Shown in pieces: positions 9,607 through 18,533 of a stretch of 64,000 bases of DNA. The DNA lies in contig CAVXGR010000015.1 in the NCBI GenBank assembly GCA_963761335.1, forward strand, positions 96,001 to 160,000, given 5' to 3'. The translations under genes and the position numbers were made by a program. The first letter of the stretch is position 1. Each line of letters starts with the position of its first letter. Origin of the DNA: an uncultured delta proteobacterium. Lineage in GTDB: Bacteria; Desulfobacterota; Binatia; HRBIN30; BPIQ01. Below the pieces are notes generated by a model that saw nothing but the letters and a program-made list of their open reading frames with translations, had not been told where the DNA came from and did not search any database.

Positions 9607-10851
9607 TCAGCTGTTCGGACGTCGGAGGAGGGCGTACGCGTTGATCCCTCCGAATCCGTAGCTGCAGACCAGAACGCGCCTCAGGGACGCTGGGCGGGCG
9701 GTTCCCGGGACGAAATCGAGATCGCATTCCGGGTCGGGATCCTCCAGGTGATGTGTGGGGGGGATCAGCCCGTTGGCGATGGCGAGCGCCGCCGCCGAGA
9801 TCTGAAAGGCGCCGGCCGCACCGAAAGGGTGCCCGAGAATGCCTTTGATGGAGCTCACGGGCAGGCGAGCTGCGACCTCTCCGAGAGCGTGCTTGAGCAC
9901 GCGGGTATCCTTGCGGTCGAAATGGGGAGAGGAGTTCCCGTTGGCGCACACGTAGTCGAGCTCGGCAGGAGTGACCTGTCCGCGGGAGAGGCAGGCGCGG
10001 ATTCCCTCTGCCCCGGCGACGGCCGACTGATCGACGCGGAATGGGTCGGTGGCATCGACTGAGGAGGAATGGGCGACCAGCTCCGCGTAGATGGGGACGC
10101 CGCGTCGGCGCGCCCCTTCGCTCGACTCGAGCACCAGGACGGCGCTGCCCTCGCTCAACACGAATCCCTCGTGCCTCCGGTCGAATGGGCGGGAGGCATG
10201 AGCGGGATCATCGTTCTCGCAGCAGAGCTCCCGCGTGCGCGTCATCCCCGCAACCACGAGCGGCGAAATGGGGGCCTCGGTTCCCCCAGCCAAGCAGCAC
10301 TCGAGCTCGCCGCTGGCGATCAGATCCGACGCGTACCCCACGGCCTGGGTGCCGGCGCAGCATCCGGTGGAGAGGGTTGCATGGGTTCCGCGGGCGTTGA
10401 GGGCGATCGCCACTTCCATTGCCGGGGCGTAGTTCGGAGCGCTGCTGAGGGCGAAAGGGTTGACCCGATTGGCTCCCTTTTCCAGGAGGATGGCGAACTG
10501 CTGCTGCGCTTCGTGCCAGCCGCCCAGTGAGGTTCCGAGCACCACGCCGCGTGCGCCGGGCTCGTACTGCTCCAGGTCAATCCCGGCATCGCGCAGAGCC
10601 AGCTCGGCGGCGGCCAGTGCGAACTGGCTGCACAGGGGTGCGTTGCGGAGCTTGGCGGGACTGACGAGGTCTCGGAACGTCAGGTCGCGCACCTCCCCGG
10701 CGATGCGGCAGGAGTACCCGGCTGTGTCGAAGCGTGAGATCGCGCCGATCGCCGGAATTCCCTCGATGATGCTCCTCCAGAAGGACGCCCTGCCGATCCC
10801 CGTCGGCCCGACGATTCCGATGCCGGTGATCGCGACACTGCGGCGCTGCAT
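9607..10851 (-). CDS. Beta-ketoacyl-ACP synthase (FabF-like, atypical active site)
   Basis: VAITGIG, STGCCAG, SRPFDRRHEGFVLSEG, SSIKGILGHPFGAAG, SYGFGGIN. CANGNS replaces the canonical NAHGTS. Confidence 0.9.
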   Translation of the reverse strand: MQRRSVAITGIGIVGPTGIGRASFWRSIIEGIPAIGAISRFDTAGYSCRIAGEVRDLTFRDLVSPAKLRNAPLCSQFALAAAELALRDAGIDLEQYEPGARGVVLGTSLGGWHEAQQQFAILLEKGANRVNPFALSSAPNYAPAMEVAIALNARGTHATLSTGCCAGTQAVGYASDLIASGELECCLAGGTEAPISPLVVAGMTRTRELCCENDDPAHASRPFDRRHEGFVLSEGSAVLVLESSEGARRRGVPIYAELVAHSSSVDATDPFRVDQSAVAGAEGIRACLSRGQVTPAELDYVCANGNSSPHFDRKDTRVLKHALGEVAARLPVSSIKGILGHPFGAAGAFQISAAALAIANGLIPPTHHLEDPDPECDLDFVPGTARPASLRRVLVCSYGFGGINAYALLRRPNS

Positions 10852-10879
10852 CGCTCCCCCCCCCCGCGTCGCGGCCGGA

Positions 10880-11227
10880 CTATCTTGGCGCGTGCTTTTC
10901 GGCGGCGGCAACTGCCGCGTCGCCCGGGAACGGATGTGAAGCGTTGGTCGCCAAATCGTGGATATACCCCACGATCTTGCCAAAGGTGTTCAGCCGCAGG
11001 ACCTCGAGGAAGTCGATACTGACGTCGTACTCCTGTTCGATCGCCACCTGGAGCTGGACCATCTGCACCGATTCCATCTCGAGCTCCCCGTCGATGGTCG
11101 CCTCTTCCCTGATGGCGCTGCCGGGGATCTCGCACACTTCCTGCAGAAGAGTCGCCAAAAAATCTCGAACTTGCGCTCGGCTGATTCCGGTGTCTCTCTC
11201 TGGCTCAACTGGTTTAGTGCCCGACAT
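10880..11227 (-). CDS. Acyl carrier protein
   Basis: Small and acidic; ELEMESVQMVQLQVAIEQEYDVSI matches the ACP phosphopantetheine-Ser helix (ESV for DSL); directly upstream of the KS. Confidence 0.8.
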   Translation of the reverse strand: MSGTKPVEPERDTGISRAQVRDFLATLLQEVCEIPGSAIREEATIDGELEMESVQMVQLQVAIEQEYDVSIDFLEVLRLNTFGKIVGYIHDLATNASHPFPGDAAVAAAEKHAPR

Positions 11228-11394
11228 GGTGTCTAGACGACTACGCGACACATCACTTCTAAAGTCAAGACAATTGACAGCGTCCGAAATTCGACATCCC
11301 ATTGTCTTTATAGCTTCGAAACCGCAGGATAAGCCCCATTATTCCAGGCATTTCTTGCGCGTAGGCGTGAGGACAAGCTGCCGGGGGGTGCGGC

Positions 11395-12102
11395 ATGTCT
11401 CTTGCTATGCAGCAGGTAATGGGGTACACGCAGATACTGCAGTCGGCGTGGGCCTTGAGTCAGGGGGAGATCGATGCGATGGGGAGAGGAGAGCTGAAGG
11501 CACCCCTTCTGGATTTTCGCTGTGAAGTCGCGACGGGCGCGGCGATCGACCAGGTGATGGAGATCCGCCGCAAGGTGTACATCGAGGAATTCGGGTTTCG
11601 CCTGGCCGATGGAAGCCCGCGCGATCCTCTCGACGAGCGGTCGTATCAGCTTCTCGCGACCTCGGCGTCAGGAGAAGGAGTGGGCTCTCTTCGATTGACC
11701 GATGCTCCGGCGCGCCCGTTCGAAATCGAAGCCTTTCTCGATCTCACCCCTTTTGTGTCGCCGGATCGACACCCGGCGGAGATCACCCGCCTTTGCATTC
11801 TGCCGCCTTACCGCCGGATCTCTCGAGCGGCGTTCGTGCATCTCGCCATTCTCGATCGTGTCTTGCGGTTGGCTCGCCAATTGGGCGCGACCGACTTCAT
11901 CGCCTCGACGCGCTCCGATTTGAGCGCCTTCTACGAATATCTGCTCTTCGAGACATACCCGGGTGCGGTCTACCAGCATCCGGAGATCGGCGGGGCGGAG
12001 CACACCCTCATGCGGCTGGATCTCACGACCGTGGTCGAGCGGTACAGGCGATTTCGCCCGACGCTCTATCCGGTCGTCGAGGCGGCATGGGAGCCCTGCT
12101 GA
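11395..12102 (+). CDS. GNAT-fold acyltransferase, FeeM N-acyl amino acid synthase / LuxI-like
   Basis: IRRKVYIEEFGF, DPLDERS, VGSLRL, AEITRLCI match the acyl-ACP-dependent N-acyltransferase pattern. Start uncertain (several Met). Confidence 0.75.
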   Translation: MSLAMQQVMGYTQILQSAWALSQGEIDAMGRGELKAPLLDFRCEVATGAAIDQVMEIRRKVYIEEFGFRLADGSPRDPLDERSYQLLATSASGEGVGSLRLTDAPARPFEIEAFLDLTPFVSPDRHPAEITRLCILPPYRRISRAAFVHLAILDRVLRLARQLGATDFIASTRSDLSAFYEYLLFETYPGAVYQHPEIGGAEHTLMRLDLTTVVERYRRFRPTLYPVVEAAWEPC

Positions 12103-12134
12103 CCCACGAGGGCCAATCGGCGGCGAACCTTGGC

Positions 12135-14288
12135 ATGACTTACCACTGGCTCGTGCCGCTGATCGCGGCGGTTCTGAACGGCGCCCTCGGAGCGGTGGTG
12201 CTCCGCTACAACCCGCGGCATCCACTCAACCGCCTCTTTGCTCTCCTGAGCCTGACCCTGGTTTTCTGGCACCTGGACATCTTTGTCCTGTACTACGTGC
12301 ACGACGCCCAGTCGGCGTTGTACTGGAGCGACGTGTTCCGCGTCGGAACGCTGATGGCGCCCGCCGTCGCGGCGCACATGCTCTTGGTGTTCAGCGAATC
12401 GCGTTCACGGCCGTTGTGGATACTGCTCGGGATCGCCTATGCGCTCGCTATTTTCCTCGTCTTGGCGAACGCCGCGGGTCTCTTGGTCGAGGATCTCCGG
12501 ACGTACAGCTGGGGGTACTACCCGATCGGGACGGACCTGTATCGACTGATCTTCGTGTCGACAGCGTTCGATTTGTCGCTGTTGATGTGGATCCTGATCG
12601 ACGTCGTTCGGACGAGTGAATCGCCGCGCAAGCGTCAGCAGGCCAAGCTGTGGATTGTCGGCTCCGGCATTGCCATTCCGCTGGGGATGACGAATCTCAT
12701 CGCCACCTCGGGCATCCCGTTTTACCCCCTCGGCAACCTCGCCAACGTTGTCTACGCCGGGGTGGTTGCCTACGGGATGCTTCGCTACCGGCTGATGGAC
12801 ATCGACATCGTCATCCGCAAGAGCGGTGCGTATTCGCTGGTCACCCTGCTGCTGATCGTCCCGGCCTTCGCGGTCGCGGTCTGGATGCAGGCACGGGCTT
12901 TCGGCAGAGTCGACGTCGATTTTTCCGCCGGGCTCGGCCTGCTCCTCGTTCTTGTCGCCGTCCTCTTTCCCATGCTGAGGACGCAGACCGAGTCGCGTCT
13001 CGAGGAGTCTCTCTTTCGCGAGAAGCACGAGTACCGGGGGATTCTACAAGAATTCACTCGCTCCATCGTGCGCATTCTCGACCGAGAGAAGCTGATCCGC
13101 CAGCTGACTTCGACCCTCCTGGAGACCCTACAGCTCGACCGCGTGGCCATTGCCCTGCGCGACGACGTCAAGAACAGCCTGTCGGTGGACTACACTCTCG
13201 GTGTCGCGGCGGCGTTGGCGGAGTTTCCCCTCCAGCATGGACTGGTCCGCGCCCTGGAAGGGCACCAGGAGGCAGTGCTTCGAGACGAGCTGGAGGTCAG
13301 TCCCAATGCCTGGGAGAGAACCGAGGCGGCGGATGCCTGTCGCATCAACGGCTGGGAGGTGTGTATCCCCCTCTTTGCAGGCGGCAAGCTGATCGGTTTC
13401 ATGAGCCTGGGGCGCAAGCGCAGCATGGACGCCTTTTTTGCTGAAGACCTCGAGCTACTCGCCATGCTGGCGGCGGAAGCTTCAGTCGCCCTGGAGAATG
13501 CTCGCCTGTATGAGGAGCTCAAGAAGTCGCAGGACATCATCAGGCGCGCCGATCGCCTGTCGGCGCTGGGCACGCTCGCGGCCGGCATCGCCCACGAGAT
13601 CCGCAATCCGCTGGTATCAATCCAGACGTTCTTCCAGCTGGCGCCGCAGCGTTTGAACGATCACGAGTTTCTGACGGAATTTCTCCGCCTCACCTCCGGG
13701 GAGGTGAAGCGAATCACGGATCTGATCACCGAGCTGTTGTCGTTCGCCAAGTCGCCGAGCCCGAGCATGAGCGAGGTCTCCGTGAACGACGTGCTCGAGG
13801 GTGTGGCGCGGCTCGTCGAGCCGCAGGTGCGCAAGTCTCAGATCCAAATCATCAGAGAGCTCTCCGCCGACCTGCCGCTCGTGAGGGCAGATCAGGACCA
13901 ATTGAAGCAGGTCTTTCTCAATGTTCTGCTCAACGCCGCTCAGGCCATGCAGGGTCCGGGTCGGATCATCGTGGCGACGCGGGAGATCAGTCATCACGGC
14001 GAGCAATTTTGTCAGGTTCGGGTCACTGATTCGGGCCAGGGAATTCCCGGCGAGCTACAGGAGCACATCTTCGATCCGTTCTTCAGCACCAAGGAGAAGG
14101 GAACCGGGTTGGGCCTCGCCATTGCGCACCAGATCGTCACCGAGCACGGCGGCTTCATCGTCGTTGACAGTGAAGTCGGGACAGGGACGACATTCTGCAT
14201 CCATCTTCGTCCGGCGGAAGCGAAGACGGGAGGATTGTTCGAGGATCCCCCTCTGCTGGCTGCAGGCGGGCGCCTGAAGCACTGGTGA
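12135..14288 (+). CDS. Sensor histidine kinase with multi-TM (7TM-type) input, GAF, HisKA and HATPase domains
   Basis: About 9 hydrophobic helices; GAF-like FFAEDLELL...ALENARLY; AHEIRNPL, NVLLNAAQA, FDPFFSTKEKGTGLGL. Confidence 0.9.
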   Translation: MTYHWLVPLIAAVLNGALGAVVLRYNPRHPLNRLFALLSLTLVFWHLDIFVLYYVHDAQSALYWSDVFRVGTLMAPAVAAHMLLVFSESRSRPLWILLGIAYALAIFLVLANAAGLLVEDLRTYSWGYYPIGTDLYRLIFVSTAFDLSLLMWILIDVVRTSESPRKRQQAKLWIVGSGIAIPLGMTNLIATSGIPFYPLGNLANVVYAGVVAYGMLRYRLMDIDIVIRKSGAYSLVTLLLIVPAFAVAVWMQARAFGRVDVDFSAGLGLLLVLVAVLFPMLRTQTESRLEESLFREKHEYRGILQEFTRSIVRILDREKLIRQLTSTLLETLQLDRVAIALRDDVKNSLSVDYTLGVAAALAEFPLQHGLVRALEGHQEAVLRDELEVSPNAWERTEAADACRINGWEVCIPLFAGGKLIGFMSLGRKRSMDAFFAEDLELLAMLAAEASVALENARLYEELKKSQDIIRRADRLSALGTLAAGIAHEIRNPLVSIQTFFQLAPQRLNDHEFLTEFLRLTSGEVKRITDLITELLSFAKSPSPSMSEVSVNDVLEGVARLVEPQVRKSQIQIIRELSADLPLVRADQDQLKQVFLNVLLNAAQAMQGPGRIIVATREISHHGEQFCQVRVTDSGQGIPGELQEHIFDPFFSTKEKGTGLGLAIAHQIVTEHGGFIVVDSEVGTGTTFCIHLRPAEAKTGGLFEDPPLLAAGGRLKHW

Positions 14289-14342
14289 GACGCTGATATT
14301 GCTCGCGGCGCGAATCGCGCCGTGAGGAGCCGCGCGCGGCTC

Positions 14343-15719
14343 TCAACCCCCCGCGGCCGGATGAGCCGCCGGAGCCGCAAGCGGCAGCATCGTCAGCTTG
14401 GGCGTGACGTGGTCGTGGAGCCAGTGCGGATCCCACCACTCGACGGGATCGACGTGGGTGCCGTACAGCATCACGGAGAAGTGCAGGTGGTCGCCGCCCG
14501 CGAGACCGGTCTCCCCGGTCTGGCCGAGCGTCTGTGCGGTCTTGACGAAGTCTCCCGGCTTGACGGCGAGGCTGCTGAGGTGTCCGTACAGGGAGAAGAT
14601 ACCGAGGCCGTGATCGATGATCACGGCGTTTCCGTAGATGCCGAGATTGCCGGCATGCACCACGTAACCGTTCTGCGCCGCCTCGACATCGGCGCGCTTC
14701 AGCGAGGCGAGGTCGTAGCCGAGGTGCGTCTGATGGTCGATGACGGCACCCTTGTAGGTGTAGGTGCGGCGGTCGGCGAAGGAGCTCAGCGGCGCCGCGT
14801 TCGACTGGCGGTGGAAGGCGCCGTCCCAGAGGGGCTGCGGGCGCGAGTGCGCGGTGATCTCGTGGATCTGCTCCTCGTTGCGCTTGCGCAGCTCGCCGTT
14901 GATGAAGACGTAGCCCTGCACCAGATCGGGAGTGGCGGGGAGCTGGTTCACCCGCTGCATCTCGGGGACGACTCGCGCCACAAAGGCATCGCTGATGTCG
15001 AGAGTGCGCTCGGCGAAGTGCCGCGGCTTGATGCGCACCGGCAGGTCCACCTCGACCTCGTTGCCGGCGGCGTCCCGCGCCACCACGTGCGGCTGCGCGT
15101 CGATGTCGAGATCCTGGGGGATGGCGAAGAACGCCAGGGCGACGTTGCCGTCGGCAAAGTGGCCGGTGGTCGCGGGAAAGTAGTAGTGGTCGACCTGGAT
15201 GCCGCTGGCCACCGTATCCGGCGACTGGCGAAAGACGGCCAGCTCGACGCCGCCCAGACGCACGTTGTGCTGAGTGGTCAGCAGCTCGAGTCGGGGCGGT
15301 GTGACGTCCACGGTCACCGGGACCGAGGCGATCTGGCGCGGTGGCTGAGGCCAGAGATGCCAGGACCAGGTGTCGGCGAGCACCTGCAGGGCCGCCGGAC
15401 CTTCCGCCACCTTCAGCGCGCTCAGGTCGGGCTCGACATGGAGCCGCACCGCGGTGATGCCACTACCGCGCCAGGTGACCTTCGGGTAATCCTGCCGCAG
15501 CAGCTCGTACGAGACGCCGCCGGCCTCCAAGCGAACGCTGACCGTTCGCAGCCCGGTCGCTCCTGCACTCACCTCGAAATCGACCGGAGTACGCCTTCCG
15601 AGCACCTGCACCGGAGAGGCCATGGTCGCCTGCGGCAGGCGGTGCTCGAACTTCAACCACCAGGCGCCGACCGCAACGACCACTGCAATGAGGAAGAGGA
15701 AGAAGGTGGCGCGCATCAC
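14343..15719 (-). CDS. M23 family metallopeptidase
   Basis: HLGYD (HxxxD), YGNAVIIDHG, SLYGHLS, GDHLHFS; N-terminal membrane anchor. Confidence 0.92.
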   Translation of the reverse strand: MMRATFFLFLIAVVVAVGAWWLKFEHRLPQATMASPVQVLGRRTPVDFEVSAGATGLRTVSVRLEAGGVSYELLRQDYPKVTWRGSGITAVRLHVEPDLSALKVAEGPAALQVLADTWSWHLWPQPPRQIASVPVTVDVTPPRLELLTTQHNVRLGGVELAVFRQSPDTVASGIQVDHYYFPATTGHFADGNVALAFFAIPQDLDIDAQPHVVARDAAGNEVEVDLPVRIKPRHFAERTLDISDAFVARVVPEMQRVNQLPATPDLVQGYVFINGELRKRNEEQIHEITAHSRPQPLWDGAFHRQSNAAPLSSFADRRTYTYKGAVIDHQTHLGYDLASLKRADVEAAQNGYVVHAGNLGIYGNAVIIDHGLGIFSLYGHLSSLAVKPGDFVKTAQTLGQTGETGLAGGDHLHFSVMLYGTHVDPVEWWDPHWLHDHVTPKLTMLPLAAPAAHPAAGG

Positions 15720-15944
15720 CGGAACCCGAACACGTGACGCATGCAGTCGTTGTGATGTGCGCTGGCGGTGAAGTCAACTCGCGGGCGCCGGAAGGGGCGC
15801 TTGGGGTCGACCCCGAGCAGGGTTGTACTCATTCGGTAGACTTCCGGATCGATGCGGGCGGGCGCATGGTGCCCACGCCTTCTGCCGGTGCACGCGGAGG
15901 TGGGCTCCGGCGGCTGGCATCGGAGCTGCATTACCTTTCTGCTC

Positions 15945-16064
15945 GTCAGCGTGGTCACCTCCCCTGAGGCGGTGGGCGAGGCCAGGGACGGCCGAGAGTT
16001 CGCGACGGCCTGCGCAGGACGAGCGGGTAGGACGGCGCACCGCCGAGGGGGAGACCACGCTGAC
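15945..16064. repeat. Intergenic long imperfect inverted repeat (~120-nt hairpin)
   Basis: GTCAGCGTGGTC at 15945 pairs perfectly with GACCACGCTGAC ending 16064; the stem continues inward (TCCCCT/AGGGGG, GGCGGTG/CACCGCC). Confidence 0.75.
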
Positions 16065-16092
16065 TTCGCCGGCGAGCTCGCCCCTCGCCGGC

Positions 16093-17148
16093 TCAGCGCG
16101 GGGCGTCTCCAGCGCGGGCGAGGTGTGTGGTGCAGGTGTGCAGCGGTCCGCCCTCGAGGCGGGTGGCGACGGTGGGATCGCGCCGCAGGAGGTCGGACAC
16201 GGTCACAGCCTGCCAGCCGCTCTCCTCGATGATGCGCAAGATCGTCGGCAGGGCCTCGGCGGTCACCCAGCGGTTGGTGTGCAGCAGGATGACGGCGCCG
16301 GGCCCGAGGTTTCGCTGTACCTGCGCCACCACCTCCTTGGCGTCGTGCGTGCGGCTGAGGGCGTCCTGCCCCGAGGCGGTCCATCCGGCGAGCTGGTAGC
16401 CGTAGCGCTCCGCCAGCTGCGCCGCCGGCTCGTCGATGCAGCCGTATGGCGGCCGGAAGAGTGGCGCGATCGGCGTGCCGGTCTCGCGCAGGACGATGTC
16501 CGCCACTTCGTGGAGCTCGTCGCGGAGCTCGCGCGGCGAGCGATTCTCGAAGGGCGCGTGCGTCAGTGAGTGATTCGCCACCTCGTGCCCGGCCTCGACC
16601 ATGCGCCGCAGCGGCTCGGGGTTGGCGCGCGCCCACGAGCCGACGACAAAGAAGGTCGAGTGGACCTGGTAGTCGCGCAGAATGCGAAGAACGGCATCGA
16701 GCGTGCGGTGGGCCTCCCTGCCGTTGGGAATCTCGGTGTCGAAGGTGACGGCGATATATGGCGGATGGGTGACCCTGCCGAAGTGCGACGGCGGCTGCTG
16801 GTAGCGCGGTGGCCGGGCGTACGCCAGCTCGGCTGTGTCTGCGGCCGGCGCCGATTCCGCCAGCGCTACGCCCGGGCGCGGGACGTAGCTCGCCTCGACC
16901 TGCAGGAGAGTGTGACTCGTCGGGTGAGGCCGATAGCGCGTCTCGATCTCCAGGGCAAAGCCGTGGTGGTCGAGAGGGCGGCTCGCCCCTGGCAGCGACG
17001 CTGCGAACGGCTCCGCACCCGGGAACTCGACGTGCCGTGCCGCCAAGCTCGCGGCTGCCGCGAGCAGCAAGAGGGCACAGCCCGCCCACATGCTATGGCG
17101 CGGCCGCGCGCTCAGTCGCCTCCGCATCCTCGCCTTCCACACAACCAC
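16093..17148 (-). CDS. Polysaccharide deacetylase (NodB/CE4) family protein
   Basis: AVTFD, TFFVVG, HEVANHSLTH, FRPPYG, VILLH; signal/TM segment near the N-terminus; exact start uncertain. Confidence 0.88.
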   Translation of the reverse strand: MVVWKARMRRRLSARPRHSMWAGCALLLLAAAASLAARHVEFPGAEPFAASLPGASRPLDHHGFALEIETRYRPHPTSHTLLQVEASYVPRPGVALAESAPAADTAELAYARPPRYQQPPSHFGRVTHPPYIAVTFDTEIPNGREAHRTLDAVLRILRDYQVHSTFFVVGSWARANPEPLRRMVEAGHEVANHSLTHAPFENRSPRELRDELHEVADIVLRETGTPIAPLFRPPYGCIDEPAAQLAERYGYQLAGWTASGQDALSRTHDAKEVVAQVQRNLGPGAVILLHTNRWVTAEALPTILRIIEESGWQAVTVSDLLRRDPTVATRLEGGPLHTCTTHLARAGDAPR

Positions 17149-17386
17149 CCCGCGTCCTCATAACTGACCCGGGCGTCGGTTTGCAAGGGCTCGGCTGCGG
17201 CCAGCGCCTCCGTCCCTCGGTGATCCACAGCTCGGCCTGCGGCGCGGGACGCGGCGGAACGGGCATTTACGCGAGCCACCGTTCCAGATATGAGCTATTC
17301 GGGCGCCGTTGGGAACCGCGAATTTTCGCGTGGCGGTCTTGCCGCGGCGGCGCCGGAGACCCTGAGGCCAGGGAAGGAGCGGGGAC

Positions 17387-18532
17387 ATGTCACAGGCGCG
17401 GGATACCGCGTGGGGACCGTGGCTGGCGTTGCGCATGGTGCGCGGCGTCGGCAGTGTCGTCTACCGCTCACTGCTGCGCGAGCTCGGCGACCCGGCCGCG
17501 GTGCTGGCGGCCGGAGCGCGGCGTCTCGAGGCGGTCGGGGTGCGTCCGGAGGTTGCCCGGGCGATTGCCGCCTTCGACGGCTGGGAGGCTGTGGAGAGTC
17601 AGCTGCGCCGCCTCGAGCGCAGTCGCGCGCGGCTGCTCACGTGGGTGGATGAGAGCTATCCCGCCAGTCTCCAGGAAATTCACGACCCGCCACCTTTCTT
17701 GTTTCTTTTCGGCGACTTACTGCCTGAAGACCAGGTGGCGGTGGCGGTCGTCGGCTCGCGCTCGCCGAGCCCTTACGGCCGCCAGATGACGCGGGCGCTG
17801 TGCGCCGGCCTGGCGCGATTGGGGATCACCGTGGTCTCCGGCCTGGCGCGCGGAATCGATGCCGAAGCGCACCAGGCGACGCTGCGCGGCGGGGGCCGCA
17901 CCATCGCCATTCTGGGCTCGGGGATTGACGTGGTGTACCCCGGTGAGCATCATGGACTGTTCCGAGCCATCGCACAGAACGGGGCAGTCATGACGGAGTA
18001 CCTGATGGGGGTTACGCCCGAAGCCGAGAACTTTCCGAGCCGCAATCGCATCATCAGCGGTCTGTCCCTGGGGACACTGGTGGTCGAGGCCACCGAGCGC
18101 AGCGGCTCGCTGATCACCGCCCAATACGCCCTCGAGCAGGGGCGGGAGGTGTTTGCCGTCCCCGGCCCGGTGGGGGCCCGCAGCCGCGGGCCGCACCAGC
18201 TCATCAAGCAGGGGGCCAAGCTGAGCGAGCGCGTCGAGGACGTCGTCGAGGAGATCGCGCCGCAGCTGCTGCCGCGAGTGCGGCGGGCCGACCTGCCCCT
18301 GGCCGAGCCGACCGAGCTCGAGCGCCAGGTGCTCGAGCAGCTGAGCGAAGAGCCCACGCACGTGGATTCGATCATCGGGCGCAGCGGTCTGGCGGCGCCG
18401 CAGATCCTCGGGGCGCTGTCCTCGCTCGAGGTGAAGGGCTGGGTGCGGCAGCAGCCCGGTAAGCTCTTCGCTGCCGTCGAGCTGCCGCGCGACCGCCCAT
18501 CGGCCCTGCGCCAAGCCCCGGAGGTGCGCTGA
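17387..18532 (+). CDS. dprA: DNA-protecting protein DprA
   Basis: AVVGSR, VSGLARGID, FPSRNRIISGLS, SGSLITA, GREVFAVPG. Confidence 0.96.
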   Translation: MSQARDTAWGPWLALRMVRGVGSVVYRSLLRELGDPAAVLAAGARRLEAVGVRPEVARAIAAFDGWEAVESQLRRLERSRARLLTWVDESYPASLQEIHDPPPFLFLFGDLLPEDQVAVAVVGSRSPSPYGRQMTRALCAGLARLGITVVSGLARGIDAEAHQATLRGGGRTIAILGSGIDVVYPGEHHGLFRAIAQNGAVMTEYLMGVTPEAENFPSRNRIISGLSLGTLVVEATERSGSLITAQYALEQGREVFAVPGPVGARSRGPHQLIKQGAKLSERVEDVVEEIAPQLLPRVRRADLPLAEPTELERQVLEQLSEEPTHVDSIIGRSGLAAPQILGALSSLEVKGWVRQQPGKLFAAVELPRDRPSALRQAPEVR

Positions 18533-18533
18533 G

